DNA of 63,997 nucleotides, filler included, from an uncultured bacterium (lineage in GTDB: Bacteria > DAOPZR01), in the NCBI GenBank assembly GCA_964637655.1. It is 5 parts of 5 records of this genome, joined end to end, with 100 filler letters (N's around TTAATTAATTAA, not from the genome) between each part and the next. Parts side by side here need not be neighbours in the genome. Positions count along the whole stretch, not along the records: positions 1 to 14,011 come from CAZWUZ010000069.1; 4 more parts are not named here. One strand, written 5' to 3'. The notes below the pieces were generated by a model. The model was not told the origin of the DNA and did no database searches. It saw only the letters and a list, made by a program, of their open reading frames with translations. Position 1 is the first letter of the stretch, and every line of letters begins with the position of its first letter. Shown here one piece after another: positions 1-7,961 of this stretch. The translations under genes were made by a program, and so were the position numbers.

Positions 1-7
1 ATGTCGG

Positions 8-1408
8 ATGAGTCGCAGGCCGGACTATTATCAGCGCGTAGCGGATTTCTGCCGGCAAAGGATATCGGAAACGGAACGGAACGCAGACAATCTGCCGGGT
101 AAGCTGGATGAAGTTCTGAGTCTGCTCGACCTAATGAACAAGTTCGAGGTTGTACAGAATGCCGAGATTGTAGAAATGGCTGAAAAGTGGTGCGCGTTCG
201 CAGAGGAGTCTGGCGACTGGTTTCGTGCGACATTCTATTGGGAGTTCCTGGACAAGATGACGCGTGCCGACACGAATTCCGACAAGGCTATGAGCGTCCG
301 TAAGTGCATGGCAATCGCCTACGAAAAATGCGCCTTGTGGTGGGCAACCAACAATCCACCTGACTATCAGTCGGCGGCACATTGGATGCTCAAGACGAGG
401 GAATTGCTGAGGTTGCTGAATGCGGACCAGGCCGAATTGAAGGGAGTCCATGATTTGCTGTGCGAATACCAGAAACAGGGCGCGAACGGCGGCTCGGCAT
501 GCGTGACTCGAATTGACATTACGGACACCATCAAGAGGGCCGAGTCCTTTGTTTCGGGCAAGGGCTTCTACGAGGCGTTATTTGCGATAAGCCGCATGAT
601 AGCGCCCATGAACAAGACAGCGATGCGCGAACGGGCGCGTACCTTTTTTAGGAACTCACCACCCATGATGGTGATGTCAACCCGCCAAATGATAGGGAAG
701 AACGGTAAGGTAATCGCGACCGGAAGAGGATTGTCTGGAGACGGAGTCAGCAGCGATGACGTATTAGATGACGAGGCCATCAGATTGACCGGGCAACAGC
801 GAGACCTCGTGGCCAGGGCATGTCTTTCTCCGGCGTTCCGCTGCTTGGTAAGCGAGCATATGTTCAGACCGGGGGATTTGCTCCCTCTGTTGACCCATTC
901 CCCGTTCGTACCGCCGGGTCGGGAGGAAATATTCGCCAGGGGGTTATACTACGGGTTGAACGGCGATTTGATGCTGGCCGCCCACCTGCTGGTGCCTCAG
1001 GTGGAGAATTCCATTCGTATAATCCTGAGCAATGCCGGTGCTGTGGATACAACAGTAAAGCCGGCGGATAAAGAAGTGGAGCAGTATAAGATGCTCGGGG
1101 CATTGTTCAGGGAACCGAAAGCCATCGAGGTGTTTGGCGAAGATTTAGTGTTTGATTTGATGTCGCTGCTCAGCGAGCAATATGGCTCGAACCTGCGGAA
1201 CGACATCGCCCATGGCTTGCTGGATGCTCCGCAGTTTCACTCGACAACGGTTCAGTATTTCGTATGGTTGACGCTGCACCTTTGTCTTAGTCCGGTTATT
1301 GAGATAAATCGACAGCGGGCCGCGCGAGCCGCAGAAAGTGCTGCTGCAGCTATGCCTGATGTTTCGGGCGAATCGTCTCTTTCAGGGATGACAAGCGGAA
1401 AGGAATAA
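8..1408 (+). CDS. DUF4209-family (HEPN-like) protein, probably 5'-truncated by the window edge
   Basis: C-terminal 'AAHLLVPQVENSIRIIL...FGEDLVFDLMSLLSEQYGSNLRNDIAHGLL' with an RxxxxH motif (RNDIAH), typical of DUF4209/HEPN proteins; helical N-terminal part. Confidence 0.75.
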   Translation: MSRRPDYYQRVADFCRQRISETERNADNLPGKLDEVLSLLDLMNKFEVVQNAEIVEMAEKWCAFAEESGDWFRATFYWEFLDKMTRADTNSDKAMSVRKCMAIAYEKCALWWATNNPPDYQSAAHWMLKTRELLRLLNADQAELKGVHDLLCEYQKQGANGGSACVTRIDITDTIKRAESFVSGKGFYEALFAISRMIAPMNKTAMRERARTFFRNSPPMMVMSTRQMIGKNGKVIATGRGLSGDGVSSDDVLDDEAIRLTGQQRDLVARACLSPAFRCLVSEHMFRPGDLLPLLTHSPFVPPGREEIFARGLYYGLNGDLMLAAHLLVPQVENSIRIILSNAGAVDTTVKPADKEVEQYKMLGALFREPKAIEVFGEDLVFDLMSLLSEQYGSNLRNDIAHGLLDAPQFHSTTVQYFVWLTLHLCLSPVIEINRQRAARAAESAAAAMPDVSGESSLSGMTSGKE

Positions 1409-1411
1409 CCA

Positions 1412-2044
1412 ATGGAGATAATCTTTGCGGATAAGTACTATGATACTGCTGAGTGGGTAGCTGGTAAGTATAAACAAGAACTCGCTACCGCATTGGCTGA
1501 GATTGATGCTGGGGTATCGGCGGCCGACACTGATATGGGGCACGGAGCGGATTTCCCTGCAGTAATAGTAGAAATATTTAAGAGCGTGGATATCGCGTCG
1601 ATAGCGACGGCGGGCGGATTAGGAATGCTTGCCTTGGGTGGAGATAAACTGAACAAGAGCATTGAAGGGTGGCTGGAAATCGGAAAGAAACTCATGAAGG
1701 TGTTCCGTAAAATAGTTCCGGCCCGAATAGATGAAAGTGCCGCGGAATTGATTGCCCTTAAAGACGTATTTTCTCCAGCTCGTGAAGTTGCCGCAACCAA
1801 AATCGTCGGTATCACAATCCAGGTGATTGAGTTTTCACCTGTTAACCAGGGAAAGGGAAAATTGGGAAGGCGCCCAGACGCCCTGTATATTGTCGCGGTG
1901 AAACTACAGGACCGGGTATTCTTGTATGGCATTAGGTCAAATTCGACCATTGATATCAAGCAGGAATACAGTACCGACTGGAGTAGATTTCACGAACAGC
2001 CAATTGACTGGGCAATTCGGATGCCCCAAAGCAATGGCAAGTGA
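1412..2044 (+). CDS. hypothetical protein (element cargo)
   Basis: 210-aa ORF starting 3 nt after the previous stop, with an upstream AGGA; no recognisable domain. Confidence 0.7.
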   Translation: MEIIFADKYYDTAEWVAGKYKQELATALAEIDAGVSAADTDMGHGADFPAVIVEIFKSVDIASIATAGGLGMLALGGDKLNKSIEGWLEIGKKLMKVFRKIVPARIDESAAELIALKDVFSPAREVAATKIVGITIQVIEFSPVNQGKGKLGRRPDALYIVAVKLQDRVFLYGIRSNSTIDIKQEYSTDWSRFHEQPIDWAIRMPQSNGK

Positions 2045-2111
2045 GGTGTGATATGAAAACAATAAGGGTTGAGCCCAATGAATTACAAACAACAGGACGT
2101 TGAGACGCCTT

Positions 2112-2849
2112 ATGGAACGATTACCTCCAAAGTCCTCAACTGTCCGGGCATTGTTCGCTAAGTCGGGCAACGAATGTTCGTTCCCCGGCTGTGGGCAAGC
2201 CCTCGTCGATGACCGAAATCTCCTGGTTGGTGAGGTATGCCATATCAACGCCGTAAAAAACACCGAGGCCCGTTACGATGCGACGAAGACCGAAGAGGAG
2301 CTTCGCGACTACGATAACCTGATTCTGCTGTGCCATGCGCACCATGTCCGAGTCGATTCATTGGCTGACGAGTATCCAGCTCCTGTACTCCGGACCATGC
2401 GCGAGAATCACGAACGGACCGTCGAACATAAGGTTTACACGGTGTCTGACGATATCGTCAACGATGCCCTGTTTCAACTCTTAAAGTTGGAATGGGAACC
2501 ATACTTCGAGCCAACCATAGAATACCTGATTGCAGATATCATGGAGGGTCGCGGCGGACAGCAGGGTATGAACCGCCTAGCCGGCCAGGTCGGGGTCCTT
2601 CTCGATGCGACTCTTTACATTCTTACGCTTCGTGCGCTAGCGAGCGCTGCACTCCAGGAGCGACACCGGCTTCTTAGAGAACACCAAGAGTGGCAGGAGC
2701 ATCGGCATCGTGAGGCACATAAGGCCAGCCTTGAAATGGCAGGTGGTACAATGGCACCACTGCTCTACGGCGGGACCTACAATGATATTACCGAGCAGAG
2801 AATTGAGTACCTTCGCAATACCTACTCCCTGAAAGCGGAGCATCATTAA
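2112..2849 (+). CDS. HNH endonuclease fused to a C-terminal LprI/DUF1311-like helical domain
   Basis: N-terminal 'LFAKSGNECSFPGC...GEVCHI...NLILLCHAHHVRVD' zinc-binding HNH; C-terminal 'QQGMNRLA...EWQEHR...GGTMAPLLY...TEQRIEYL' follows the LprI pattern; ATG at 2112 preferred over TTG at 2100. Confidence 0.75.
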   Translation: MERLPPKSSTVRALFAKSGNECSFPGCGQALVDDRNLLVGEVCHINAVKNTEARYDATKTEEELRDYDNLILLCHAHHVRVDSLADEYPAPVLRTMRENHERTVEHKVYTVSDDIVNDALFQLLKLEWEPYFEPTIEYLIADIMEGRGGQQGMNRLAGQVGVLLDATLYILTLRALASAALQERHRLLREHQEWQEHRHREAHKASLEMAGGTMAPLLYGGTYNDITEQRIEYLRNTYSLKAEHH

Positions 2850-3193
2850 TCATGAAATGCGTGCCAATAGACGCAGCGGGTTGGAATCAGGGGGGAGCTG
2901 GGACACGGGTGCGCCTGCAATCGTGCGTTATACGCGCTCGTAGGCGGCACATTTTCAGGCAGCGAACGCCAAAATCTCGCAAGTCGGCAGGGAGAGCCAC
3001 TACTATATAGTGTAAGCACGCCCGCCCCGAACGTTCCGCACACGCTCGCCGGCCCGACAACCCGCGCCGTCGGCCAGGTCGGGCGGCCGCGGCCCGGTGG
3101 GTTAGCTGGCGGGAGAGCGGCGCGGGCGGTGGTGGCTGTACATGTTCGCATTCCGATGGGACTATCCAGCCCAACCGAATAGACAGATTCGGA

Positions 3194-3970
3194 CTAATCA
3201 ACGTCACTGGTCTCGTCGAGATTATTCAAGTTGGCAATGGTGGCGTAATTGCGCTGAACAACCAGCACTGGCAATACGACAACATCGTAGATGTCCTCTT
3301 CCTGAGAGTAAGTGTGCGGACGGTACTCTGCATACTCCTTCTGGGTGCTGTCCTTGATGAGCCAGAACCCTGACTTTTGGTTCGCGACGACGACCCCGAT
3401 ATTCACGGTCACCCCGCCGCGACTGTTGTTCGCAGGCTCGACCACGACGGCTACGCAGGTGTTCCATTCCCACTTTGTGCTCACGAAAAGGGTATCGCCC
3501 TTCAATATCCCCCTGCCGTGATTGTCGGTTCTTGCCTTGGTCGCAACACAGGCGCAGTTGCGCGGAATCTGGTCGGAGGTTATTCCGACATCCATGACCT
3601 TTCTTGCCTGGCGTCTACCTTTTGGCGACGAAGCGTTGTCGCCAGATTTCTGCGCCTCCCCCTTGGGCCTTCGCGTGCCCTGCGGAAACTCAATCAACGG
3701 AATCAAGTTGTCCTCAATCCTCTTGACAGGGGCTGGCGCCGGAACATCGTTGCTCAACCCCAGCAGCACAGACACGGGAACCTGGAAGGTCTTAGCGATG
3801 AGGTAGATTGCGTCAATGGATGGCATGTAGCTTCTCTGCAGCCAGCGCGATATGTTGGCAGGCGTGACCCCAATCGCACGTGCGAACTCAGAGTTATTTC
3901 CGTGGTATCTCTCGTCGATGATTGACTTGATTTTTGACGATACTGCCTTCTGGAAATCGGTGTTCTTCAT
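3194..3970 (-). CDS. XRE/CI-like HTH transcriptional repressor
   Basis: 'NNSEFARAIGVTPANISRWLQRSYMPSIDAIYLIAKTFQVPVSVLLG' HTH; beta-rich C-terminal domain reminiscent of a degenerate S24 domain; divergent from the rightward operon. Confidence 0.85.
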   Translation of the reverse strand: MKNTDFQKAVSSKIKSIIDERYHGNNSEFARAIGVTPANISRWLQRSYMPSIDAIYLIAKTFQVPVSVLLGLSNDVPAPAPVKRIEDNLIPLIEFPQGTRRPKGEAQKSGDNASSPKGRRQARKVMDVGITSDQIPRNCACVATKARTDNHGRGILKGDTLFVSTKWEWNTCVAVVVEPANNSRGGVTVNIGVVVANQKSGFWLIKDSTQKEYAEYRPHTYSQEEDIYDVVVLPVLVVQRNYATIANLNNLDETSDVD

Positions 3971-4045
3971 TTTGGCCTCCGCAAGCCTATAGTAACATAG
4001 GTTCGGATGTAATGCAAGCGCGAACAGTGGCGCACTTGGTAGGAC

Positions 4046-4074
4046 TTGACAAGCGCTGGATTTTGTGATATAAT
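4046..4074 (+). promoter_or_regulatory. consensus sigma70 promoter of the element's rightward operon
   Basis: TTGACA (4046-4051), 17-nt spacer, TATAAT (4069-4074) with extended -10 TG at 4066-4067. Confidence 0.85.
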
Positions 4075-4171
4075 GCTCTCAAAGGCGGAAGAAAGGGCCG
4101 CCGAATTTTTTACCGTGAAGATTGCAAAAACTAAAAAATGCGCGATAGTGCGCATGTATTAAGAGTGGGCG

Positions 4172-4268
4172 GGCAGGACACGACGGACGGGCAGGCAGGT
4201 AGTGCTCGCCTGACACCCCGCCTAGGTAAAAGCAGGACCGGCGTCAGTACGGCGCGTTGACGCCGAGT
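4172..4268 (+). repeat. structured leader motif, copy A
   Basis: GGCAGGACACGACGGACGGG identical to 5004-5023, then hairpins including CGGCGTCA/TGACGCCG (4239-4265). Confidence 0.7.
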
Positions 4269-4318
4269 CGGATAAAGCGATGGTTGGCAAGAAGGCGTGC
4301 CAATGAAAGGAAGGCGAT

Positions 4319-4744
4319 ATGAGAGCGACGGCAGGGTTGGCTTGGTTGGTTGACGACACTCGGTTCGGCCAGAGGGACGCGGCCAACAATGGCCCCGGCG
4401 GTGCGGCAGACCGTGTTAATCCGCCTTTCCCCATTGGCGACCGGTATCGGGCCAGAGAACTCGCCGAAGCCGCGGAGTTCTTCATTGCTCGGCGTGACAC
4501 GAACCTTTTTCCGCCTGGAGATGAGGGTGATGGCGAACCGTGGTGGCTGGGCGACATGGCGCGCGAAAGGCAGGTGTGCTGCGAAGGCATCGACACCTTC
4601 TCACGCCATTTTATCGAGCACTGCCGGACTTACAGGCACGTGGCCGCGTTGTGTGGCGTGGATGCGCGCGAGCTGAGGGAATACGTGAGACGGCTTGACC
4701 GCCGCCGGGAGACCAATCGCCCGTGCTATGTGAAGGAAATGTAG
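4319..4744 (+). CDS. phage-like hypothetical protein with a possible metal-binding CC...HC...H motif
   Basis: RBS AAGGAAGG upstream; 'RQVCCEGI...HCRTYRHVAALCGVD'. Confidence 0.65.
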   Translation: MRATAGLAWLVDDTRFGQRDAANNGPGGAADRVNPPFPIGDRYRARELAEAAEFFIARRDTNLFPPGDEGDGEPWWLGDMARERQVCCEGIDTFSRHFIEHCRTYRHVAALCGVDARELREYVRRLDRRRETNRPCYVKEM

Positions 4745-4837
4745 TCGTGGTATCGCGCTTGTGGTCGGGACCTGCCGGCGGCAGGACGAGGAAGGGGGTG
4801 GTTTAAAGGTTGCAGGGCTAACAACTGACCGGGAAGA

Positions 4838-4983
4838 GTTTCCTCTGCGTATGCAGAGATGAACCAGAAAAAGGCTGACCCGGAGCCTGAACAAAATTTC
4901 CTCTGCGTATGCAGAGATGAACCAGAATAAGGCTGCTCCGGAGCCTGAGTAAAAATTTCCTCCGCGTATGCAGAGACGAGGCC
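4838..4983 (+). CRISPR. cas-less type I-E-like mini array: 3 repeats, 2 short near-identical spacers
   Basis: 29-nt repeats RTTTC-CTCTGC-GTAT-GCAGAG-ATGAACCA at 4838-4866 and 4896-4924, degenerate third at 4955-4983; same 5+6+4+6+8 architecture as I-E repeats; spacers 29 and 30 nt. Confidence 0.65.
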
Positions 4984-5003
4984 GGGAAAGGGGGAGGGTT
5001 CCA

Positions 5004-5105
5004 GGCAGGACACGACGGACGGGTTTGCTGGAGACACACGCCGAACAAGCCCGCCCAGATGAGCAGGACCGGCAGGCAGTACGGCGTCGTTGACGTCGGC
5101 CGAGT
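5004..5105 (+). repeat. structured leader motif, copy B
   Basis: 20-nt identity with 4172-4191 plus shared AGCAGGACCGGC..CAGTACGGCG..GTTGACG..CCGAGT. Confidence 0.7.
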
Positions 5106-5171
5106 AACTGATGGTCAGTGCAGATAAATAAACCGGCTTGCATGGCGGCAGGACGAAGGGGGGTGAAAACA

Positions 5172-5543
5172 ATGACGCTGCTCAAAATGGTGGAGTTGCA
5201 CGGATACGACGCGCGGCAGGATGTGGGGCGTGTCCCTGAAACTCCCGACGTGAAAACGGTCGTAGGCATGGTGCCGGTGCCGCCCGCTAACCTTGATTGC
5301 TGGGACTACGCGGACGGTGGCAGGAATGTGATGCGTTATTCCGGGGTGCACTCTGGTCTTGGCAGGACCGAGGACGGGAAGTGGTATATCTGCAACTTCG
5401 GCAAATCCGACGAAGGCAAAACGTATTTTGCCGCTCTGGTTACCGAAGAACACGCGAAGGAGCGTGTGTTGCAGTGCGTACCGCAGGACTATGAGAAGTT
5501 CTTCGGCGAACCCGCGCCGGAACTGCAGGTGCGGAAGCCGTAG
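5172..5543 (+). CDS. phage-like hypothetical protein
   Basis: RBS AAGGGGGGTG before ATG 5172; followed by a terminator-like hairpin. Confidence 0.65.
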   Translation: MTLLKMVELHGYDARQDVGRVPETPDVKTVVGMVPVPPANLDCWDYADGGRNVMRYSGVHSGLGRTEDGKWYICNFGKSDEGKTYFAALVTEEHAKERVLQCVPQDYEKFFGEPAPELQVRKP

Positions 5544-5586
5544 AACAAAGCTCTCCCGAGGAGGGCGAGGATGAGTACGGTTGAAC

Positions 5587-5621
5587 GGCCGCCGGCGCCA
5601 CTGAACGGCCGGCGGCCTTTT
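5587..5621 (+). terminator. intrinsic terminator-like hairpin
   Basis: GGCCGCCGGC-11 nt-GCCGGCGGCC followed by TTTT. Confidence 0.65.
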
Positions 5622-5656
5622 ACAAAAAGCCCGTTTATAGCGGGCGGGAAAGGAGG

Positions 5657-6046
5657 ATGGTGGTGGAAGACAGCAAGCAGTTAACCTTCGAGGGATTCGA
5701 GGAGACCGAGGCAGCACCTGCACGGCGAATCACGCGTCGGGCTGCGGCGCGTCGGCTGAAACCCGAACGCGTCGTTATCGCCAGTCAGGCCGTAGATGTC
5801 GCAGGTCTGTACCGGGATATCGAGGCGGCCGCCGACAAGGCAGCCGCGGACAGGTACGGAGTCCATGGCGTCTGCCTCGGCGTGCAGATGGTCTTTCCGG
5901 GATGGGAGTGGGTCGTTGACGGGTATGAGGTCCACATCGGCCACCGTGAAGACCCGACTCGCAGCGAGACGATTATCGTGGCCGTGAACACCGCTCCGGG
6001 GAATGGCAAGTCCCGGCGGAACAGGCAGGAACGGCTGGCGGCGTAG
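5657..6046 (+). CDS. hypothetical protein
   Basis: 129-aa ORF with AAGGAGG just upstream, bounded by two similar terminators. Confidence 0.55.
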   Translation: MVVEDSKQLTFEGFEETEAAPARRITRRAAARRLKPERVVIASQAVDVAGLYRDIEAAADKAAADRYGVHGVCLGVQMVFPGWEWVVDGYEVHIGHREDPTRSETIIVAVNTAPGNGKSRRNRQERLAA

Positions 6047-6089
6047 AGATAATGCTGCGCGCAGAGGAGCATACCTATGGGGAGCGACA

Positions 6090-6123
6090 AAAAGCCGCCG
6101 GCATAGAACGGCCGGCGGCTTTT
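6090..6123 (+). terminator. intrinsic terminator-like hairpin (twin of 5587-5621)
   Basis: AAAAGCCGCCGGC-ATAGAACG-GCCGGCGGCTTTT. Confidence 0.7.
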
Positions 6124-6176
6124 CTGGAACGCTGCCTGCGTATGGCGGGCAGGAACAACAGGGCGGGAGGCAGCCC

Positions 6177-6686
6177 ATGAGGTGCGATGAGAAGACGTCA
6201 ATGAGCGCACGGTGCAAGTCGGTGGCGAAGGAGAATACCCCGTCTGGTGTAACGGTGGTAGTCCATAATCCGCTGGAGTCCGTCGTGTGCTTTGACGAGA
6301 ACAAAATTGTCGTGCCGAAGCCCAAAACGAATGTGGCATTGTACATATATCTGTTTGCCTGTTATGCGTACAAATTCTGGGGGTCATTTGTCGGGAGGCC
6401 GCGGTACGATTTTAAGATGGCCGCGCACAGGTGGATATGCGTGGTTATGGCCGAAGCCGGCATCGAAGTGTCCCGGAAGAGCATCGAACATGCCAGACGG
6501 AAAGTCGGCTACCTGGTTAGACAAGCGCGGCAGCTGGGGCTGACTGTTGACCCGGCGACAGCATCGTTCGTACGGCGTCCATCCAATGCTCTTGCCAGAT
6601 GGTCGGCGCGACGGACGGAAATGTTTGCGCATTCCCGGAAGGTCAGTATTGGTGCGTCAACTTCCTACTATAACGCATGGACCTAG
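6177..6686 (+). CDS. hypothetical protein
   Basis: GGGAGG RBS before ATG 6177 within ORF 6003..6686; basic C-terminal half. Confidence 0.5.
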   Translation: MRCDEKTSMSARCKSVAKENTPSGVTVVVHNPLESVVCFDENKIVVPKPKTNVALYIYLFACYAYKFWGSFVGRPRYDFKMAAHRWICVVMAEAGIEVSRKSIEHARRKVGYLVRQARQLGLTVDPATASFVRRPSNALARWSARRTEMFAHSRKVSIGASTSYYNAWT

Positions 6687-6970
6687 TCGTCGCGCGCAAG
6701 CGCAGAAAGGAGAAACGGGTGAATTTCTACAGCGTAAACGACTTAACGGTGGAAGCGGCGGACATGCGCGCCGCCGCGCGAATCGCCGCTGCCCGGATTG
6801 CCGCGGCAAAGTACGGCCAGGCGGGAGTGGTCAGCCGCGTGCATCCGCCGGTAGCAGACTGCAAGGACGGCAAGGCGACGTTCCACGCATTCGTCGGCCG
6901 TGCGGTGGACGGTGTGGCCGGCGTGACTATCGGCGAGGAGGTAGCCATCGATGTCTGCACCTGCCAGTAA
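6677..6970 (+). CDS. hypothetical protein
   Basis: 97-aa ORF overlapping the previous stop; alternative start at GTG 6719 after GGAG. Confidence 0.5.
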   Translation: MDLVVARKRRKEKRVNFYSVNDLTVEAADMRAAARIAAARIAAAKYGQAGVVSRVHPPVADCKDGKATFHAFVGRAVDGVAGVTIGEEVAIDVCTCQ

Positions 6971-7409
6971 CACCGGCCGGCACCACGCCATCCCGCCCGT
7001 CACGGCGAGATGCCGTCATGCACGACCGACGTGTTCACCGGCAGGTCAATCGGCCCGGCGGCCAGAAAAAGTATGGCCATAGCGCACGCTTTGTGCGGCA
7101 TATCAGTAGGGGGAGAGTGTAGACCATGGTGACCGCCCCGTCACTGACCCCCGGCGCGCTGACCGGCGAGCCGAACTGCCTGGCGGTGCGCGGCGACCGG
7201 GCGGCGGACCATCCCGCGACTGGGGCGATTGCGGGCATGGCGGCCGTGCCGCGGGCGGGCGCTGACGGCGTGCGTGACACTGTGCCTGGTTCCTTGCCGG
7301 GCGTGGTGGGCGGGGATAATTGCACGGACAGCCATGCTGGGGGCGCGGGAGCGCGTGTGAGAAATTGTAATATCTTCTCGCTGGAGGGCAGGAAAAATAT
7401 TATTTCTGG

Positions 7410-7428
7410 TGGTATAATACAGGGGAGG
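7410..7428 (+). promoter_or_regulatory. extended -10 promoter and RBS for xis/int
   Basis: TGGTATAAT at 7410-7418 in an AT-rich patch; GGGGAGG at 7422-7428 before ATG 7434. Confidence 0.55.
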
Positions 7429-7433
7429 CTGAA

Positions 7434-7961
7434 ATGAAATCAGAAACACCGACGGGGACGAGTCCTCACGACGCGCCGTCGCGCATGACCATGGTCGGCA
7501 TAATCGACGGTGTGGGCGCGCGTGCGGCGACACCTGCTGATTGGCCGCGCTCATCGATGATTTGGCCGACTGGCAGGGAAGAGGCGAGGCCTGCGGCACA
7601 GGCTACACCCGCGCCTCCCATGCCCGCTGAGGGAGTGCTCTACACTTTGGCCGAGGCATGTGAACGCCACAGGGTCTCTTACTCCACAGTTACTCAGGCA
7701 ATGATAGCGGATAAACGGCTTTATAGTTACGGGGTGCAGGTCGGAGCCGGCACTGAGCGCCGGACACGGCTTTACACCGATGCGGATTTCATTGCCATGT
7801 TGCGGGCTCGGCAGACGTTAAGGGTGCATAAGCCGCGGAAAATTAGCGGCGCGCGCGTTCGCAAAGATGTGCCGTTGAGTCTCGTGAGCATGGGGGAGAA
7901 CGATGACTGCGCGTACTGCGGCTTCATTGATTGTCCTTCCTTCGCGCTGGCGGGCTGCTGA
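7434..7961 (+). CDS. MerR-like HTH protein, putative excisionase/recombination directionality factor
   Basis: 'LYTLAEACERHRVSYSTVTQAM...RLYTDADF' winged-HTH pattern; directly upstream of and overlapping the integrase. Confidence 0.55.
   Translation: MKSETPTGTSPHDAPSRMTMVGIIDGVGARAATPADWPRSSMIWPTGREEARPAAQATPAPPMPAEGVLYTLAEACERHRVSYSTVTQAMIADKRLYSYGVQVGAGTERRTRLYTDADFIAMLRARQTLRVHKPRKISGARVRKDVPLSLVSMGENDDCAYCGFIDCPSFALAGC

Noticed and set aside
2998-3013. NrdR-box-like palindrome CACTACTATATAGTG
   Set aside because: One base longer than the consensus spacing, single copy, and no nrd gene nearby
4838-4983. Ordinary adaptive CRISPR array
   Set aside because: Spacers are short and nearly identical to each other, and no cas genes or AT-rich leader are visible; kept only as a CRISPR-like mini array
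4601-5269. Minus-strand ORFs with repeated peptides (ISAYAEE, LCIRRGN)
   Set aside because: Translations of the nucleotide repeat array; the 58/59-nt period shifts frame, so the repeat is not protein-driven
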